Of a DNA stretch of 59,868 nt, positions 58,811-59,868 are shown in pieces. Each line of letters begins with the position of its first letter. Positions within the stretch are counted from its first letter, which is position 1. Source of the DNA: a virus (lineage: Duplodnaviria; Caudoviricetes); IMG/VR virus record IMGVR_UViG_3300043811_000165, positions 1 to 59,868 of that record. One strand, 5' to 3'. Under the pieces are notes generated by a model, which worked only from the letters and a program-made list of their open reading frames with translations, made no database searches and was not told the DNA's origin. The translations under genes were made by a program, and so were the position numbers.

Positions 58811-58874
58811 TTTTGGCCTCATCGCAGTTGAGTCTTCGACCGAAGTTTTGAGCGTTCGACCAGGAGGGGGTTTT

Positions 58875-59033
58875 GTGGAACACGGCGAATATCCGATTTT
58901 GAAAGAGTACTGTGATCGATGGGAGGTTGAAGTGCTAGACCAGACCGTCCGCCCCTGGTTGGTACGTGTGACGACGTTCACCGGGCCGGGTGCGGAGCAG
59001 ATGGCGCGGTCGATGTACGATTCGATTCGGTAG
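58875..59033 (+). CDS. Small cargo protein
   Basis: GTG after the AGGAGG of a repeat. Confidence 0.5.
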   Translation: MEHGEYPILKEYCDRWEVEVLDQTVRPWLVRVTTFTGPGAEQMARSMYDSIR

Positions 59034-59267
59034 ATTCGACCAGCCGCAAAAAGTACAGATCAATGGATCGAACTGCCGCCTCTCCGCAATGGGCATGAGC
59101 TAGTTTTATGATGGCCTGCATTTGGCCAACCCGTTCGATGGTCCCGAATTGGCTCAGTTTCCAGCGGTTCCAATCGCGGATTATTCTTCCTCGTCGATCC
59201 GTGAAATAGCCAGTGGGCATTACGATCTCAATTCTGTCTCCGACTTGGAACGGTCGTTCGCGGCGTG

Positions 59268-59867
59268 TCATTTTGGGAACTGCTTCCACTCGCGACCGTC
59301 GAGGAGTGCCCCCGCTCTCTTCTTGCCGATCTTCTCCATGTAGGGAACCGATGAATCCCATTTGTGTCCGTACTCGCCCCACTGCTTGAAGAAAAACGCA
59401 ACGCCCGCCGCTTCGCACTGATCGCGCACAGATCGAAACCAATCGGGATGTGGAGGGCGTGCGCCGGGTCCTGATTCCCCGCCCGCGATGATCCAGTCGA
59501 GACCGCGCTCAGCTTCGTAGCGCCGATGTGGATGTAGATCCGAACCCATCGATGGGATAGTGGATAGGAACGTAGAGAAATCCACCGGCCCCAGCGCCGG
59601 TTCATAACTGACGAAGCGGATGGCGGCGGGAGTCTGCAACAGAAGCGCGATGCGCGCATCGGCGGTTATTTTGTCTTCGACGGAGACTCCGAGCCAGACG
59701 TTGGGTAGCGGCCAACCCTTGTACAGTCGCACCGCATCTTCGTTGATGCCGCGACTGGGAACTGGATCTATCACATCCTGAACTCGCCGCCGCGCTTCAT
59801 GCCCGTGGTTCTCGGAAAGGTAAAAATATACTTGACTTACCACGCTAGTTCGGGCATACTTAGTCAT
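59268..59867 (-). CDS. Phage Gp37/Gp68 (DUF5131) family protein, 5' end outside window
   Basis: PNVWLGVSVE, RFVSYEPALGPVD, LDWIIAGGESGPGARP, FFFKQWG. Confidence 0.92.
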   Translation of the reverse strand: MTKYARTSVVSQVYFYLSENHGHEARRRVQDVIDPVPSRGINEDAVRLYKGWPLPNVWLGVSVEDKITADARIALLLQTPAAIRFVSYEPALGPVDFSTFLSTIPSMGSDLHPHRRYEAERGLDWIIAGGESGPGARPPHPDWFRSVRDQCEAAGVAFFFKQWGEYGHKWDSSVPYMEKIGKKRAGALLDGREWKQFPK

Positions 59868-59868
59868 G

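Larger units (their letters stand above)
962..58866. repeat. Dispersed family of ~70 tripartite 54-55 bp repeats at gene junctions, in both orientations
   Basis: Consensus TTGGCCTC(A/C/G)tcg-N-CTTCG-N-CGTTCGACCAGGAG. Forward copies start near 962, 3597, 5215, 5677, 6677, 7606, 8160, 8922, 9696, 10494, 11087, 12343, 13666, 14768, 15511, 16196, 17818, 18761, 19684 (split), 23597, 25257, 30319, 30858, 32449, 33342, 34991, 36546, 37817, 39977, 41576, 42653, 43882, 45850, 48594, 51654, 53355, 54756, 56338, 58813. Reverse copies start near 2842, 5487 (partial), 6077, 7288, 7945, 8466, 9137, 9923, 10096, 11610, 12943, 16074, 18180, 19078, 22777, 24391, 26620, 28699, 30404, 31794, 32803, 33913, 34932, 36632, 37957, 40470, 42072 (degenerate), 43371, 44155, 48903 (degenerate), 51740, 53441, 54841, 56424. 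Confidence 0.97.

Noticed and set aside
962-58866. Repeats as a CRISPR array or integron attC sites
   Set aside because: Copies alternate in orientation, have variable interiors and gene-sized spacing. There are no cas genes, no tyrosine integrase, and no RYYYAAC/GTTRRRY palindromic structure.
1-59868. tRNA/rRNA genes and prophage att sites
   Set aside because: None recognisable by eye, and no host-virus boundary is visible in the window.

Overview
This ~60 kb window is gene-dense viral or proviral DNA with no recognisable host housekeeping genes. It most resembles a tailless, membrane-containing dsDNA bacterial virus. Support: a HerA/FtsK-superfamily ATPase, several paralogous beta-rich capsid-like proteins, many small membrane-anchored proteins and a TM-anchored lytic transglycosylase, with no terminase, portal or tape measure visible. 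It also encodes a replication initiator with iterons, a GH25 lysozyme, a C5 DNA methyltransferase, two glycosyltransferases and a small serine recombinase. The dominant unexplained structure is a family of about 70 dispersed, fixed-length (54-55 bp) tripartite repeats, TTGGCCTC-N~13-CTTCG-N~14-CGTTCGACCAGGAG. They sit almost exclusively at gene junctions and mostly alternate in orientation, so inverted pairs bracket short accessory genes (or a conserved ~31 bp spacer in six empty ~140 bp units) between core genes. Each repeat carries a ribosome-binding site in both directions (AGGAG inward, GAGG..ATG outward). In the clearest cases, removing a pair restores a TGATG/TAATG stop-start overlap. 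This looks like an undescribed, translation-preserving gene-cassette or shuffling system. One repeat is split by a 3 kb non-autonomous IS1595-like element with 32 bp TIRs and an 8 bp target duplication. Protein family calls come from motif recognition by eye, not database searches.
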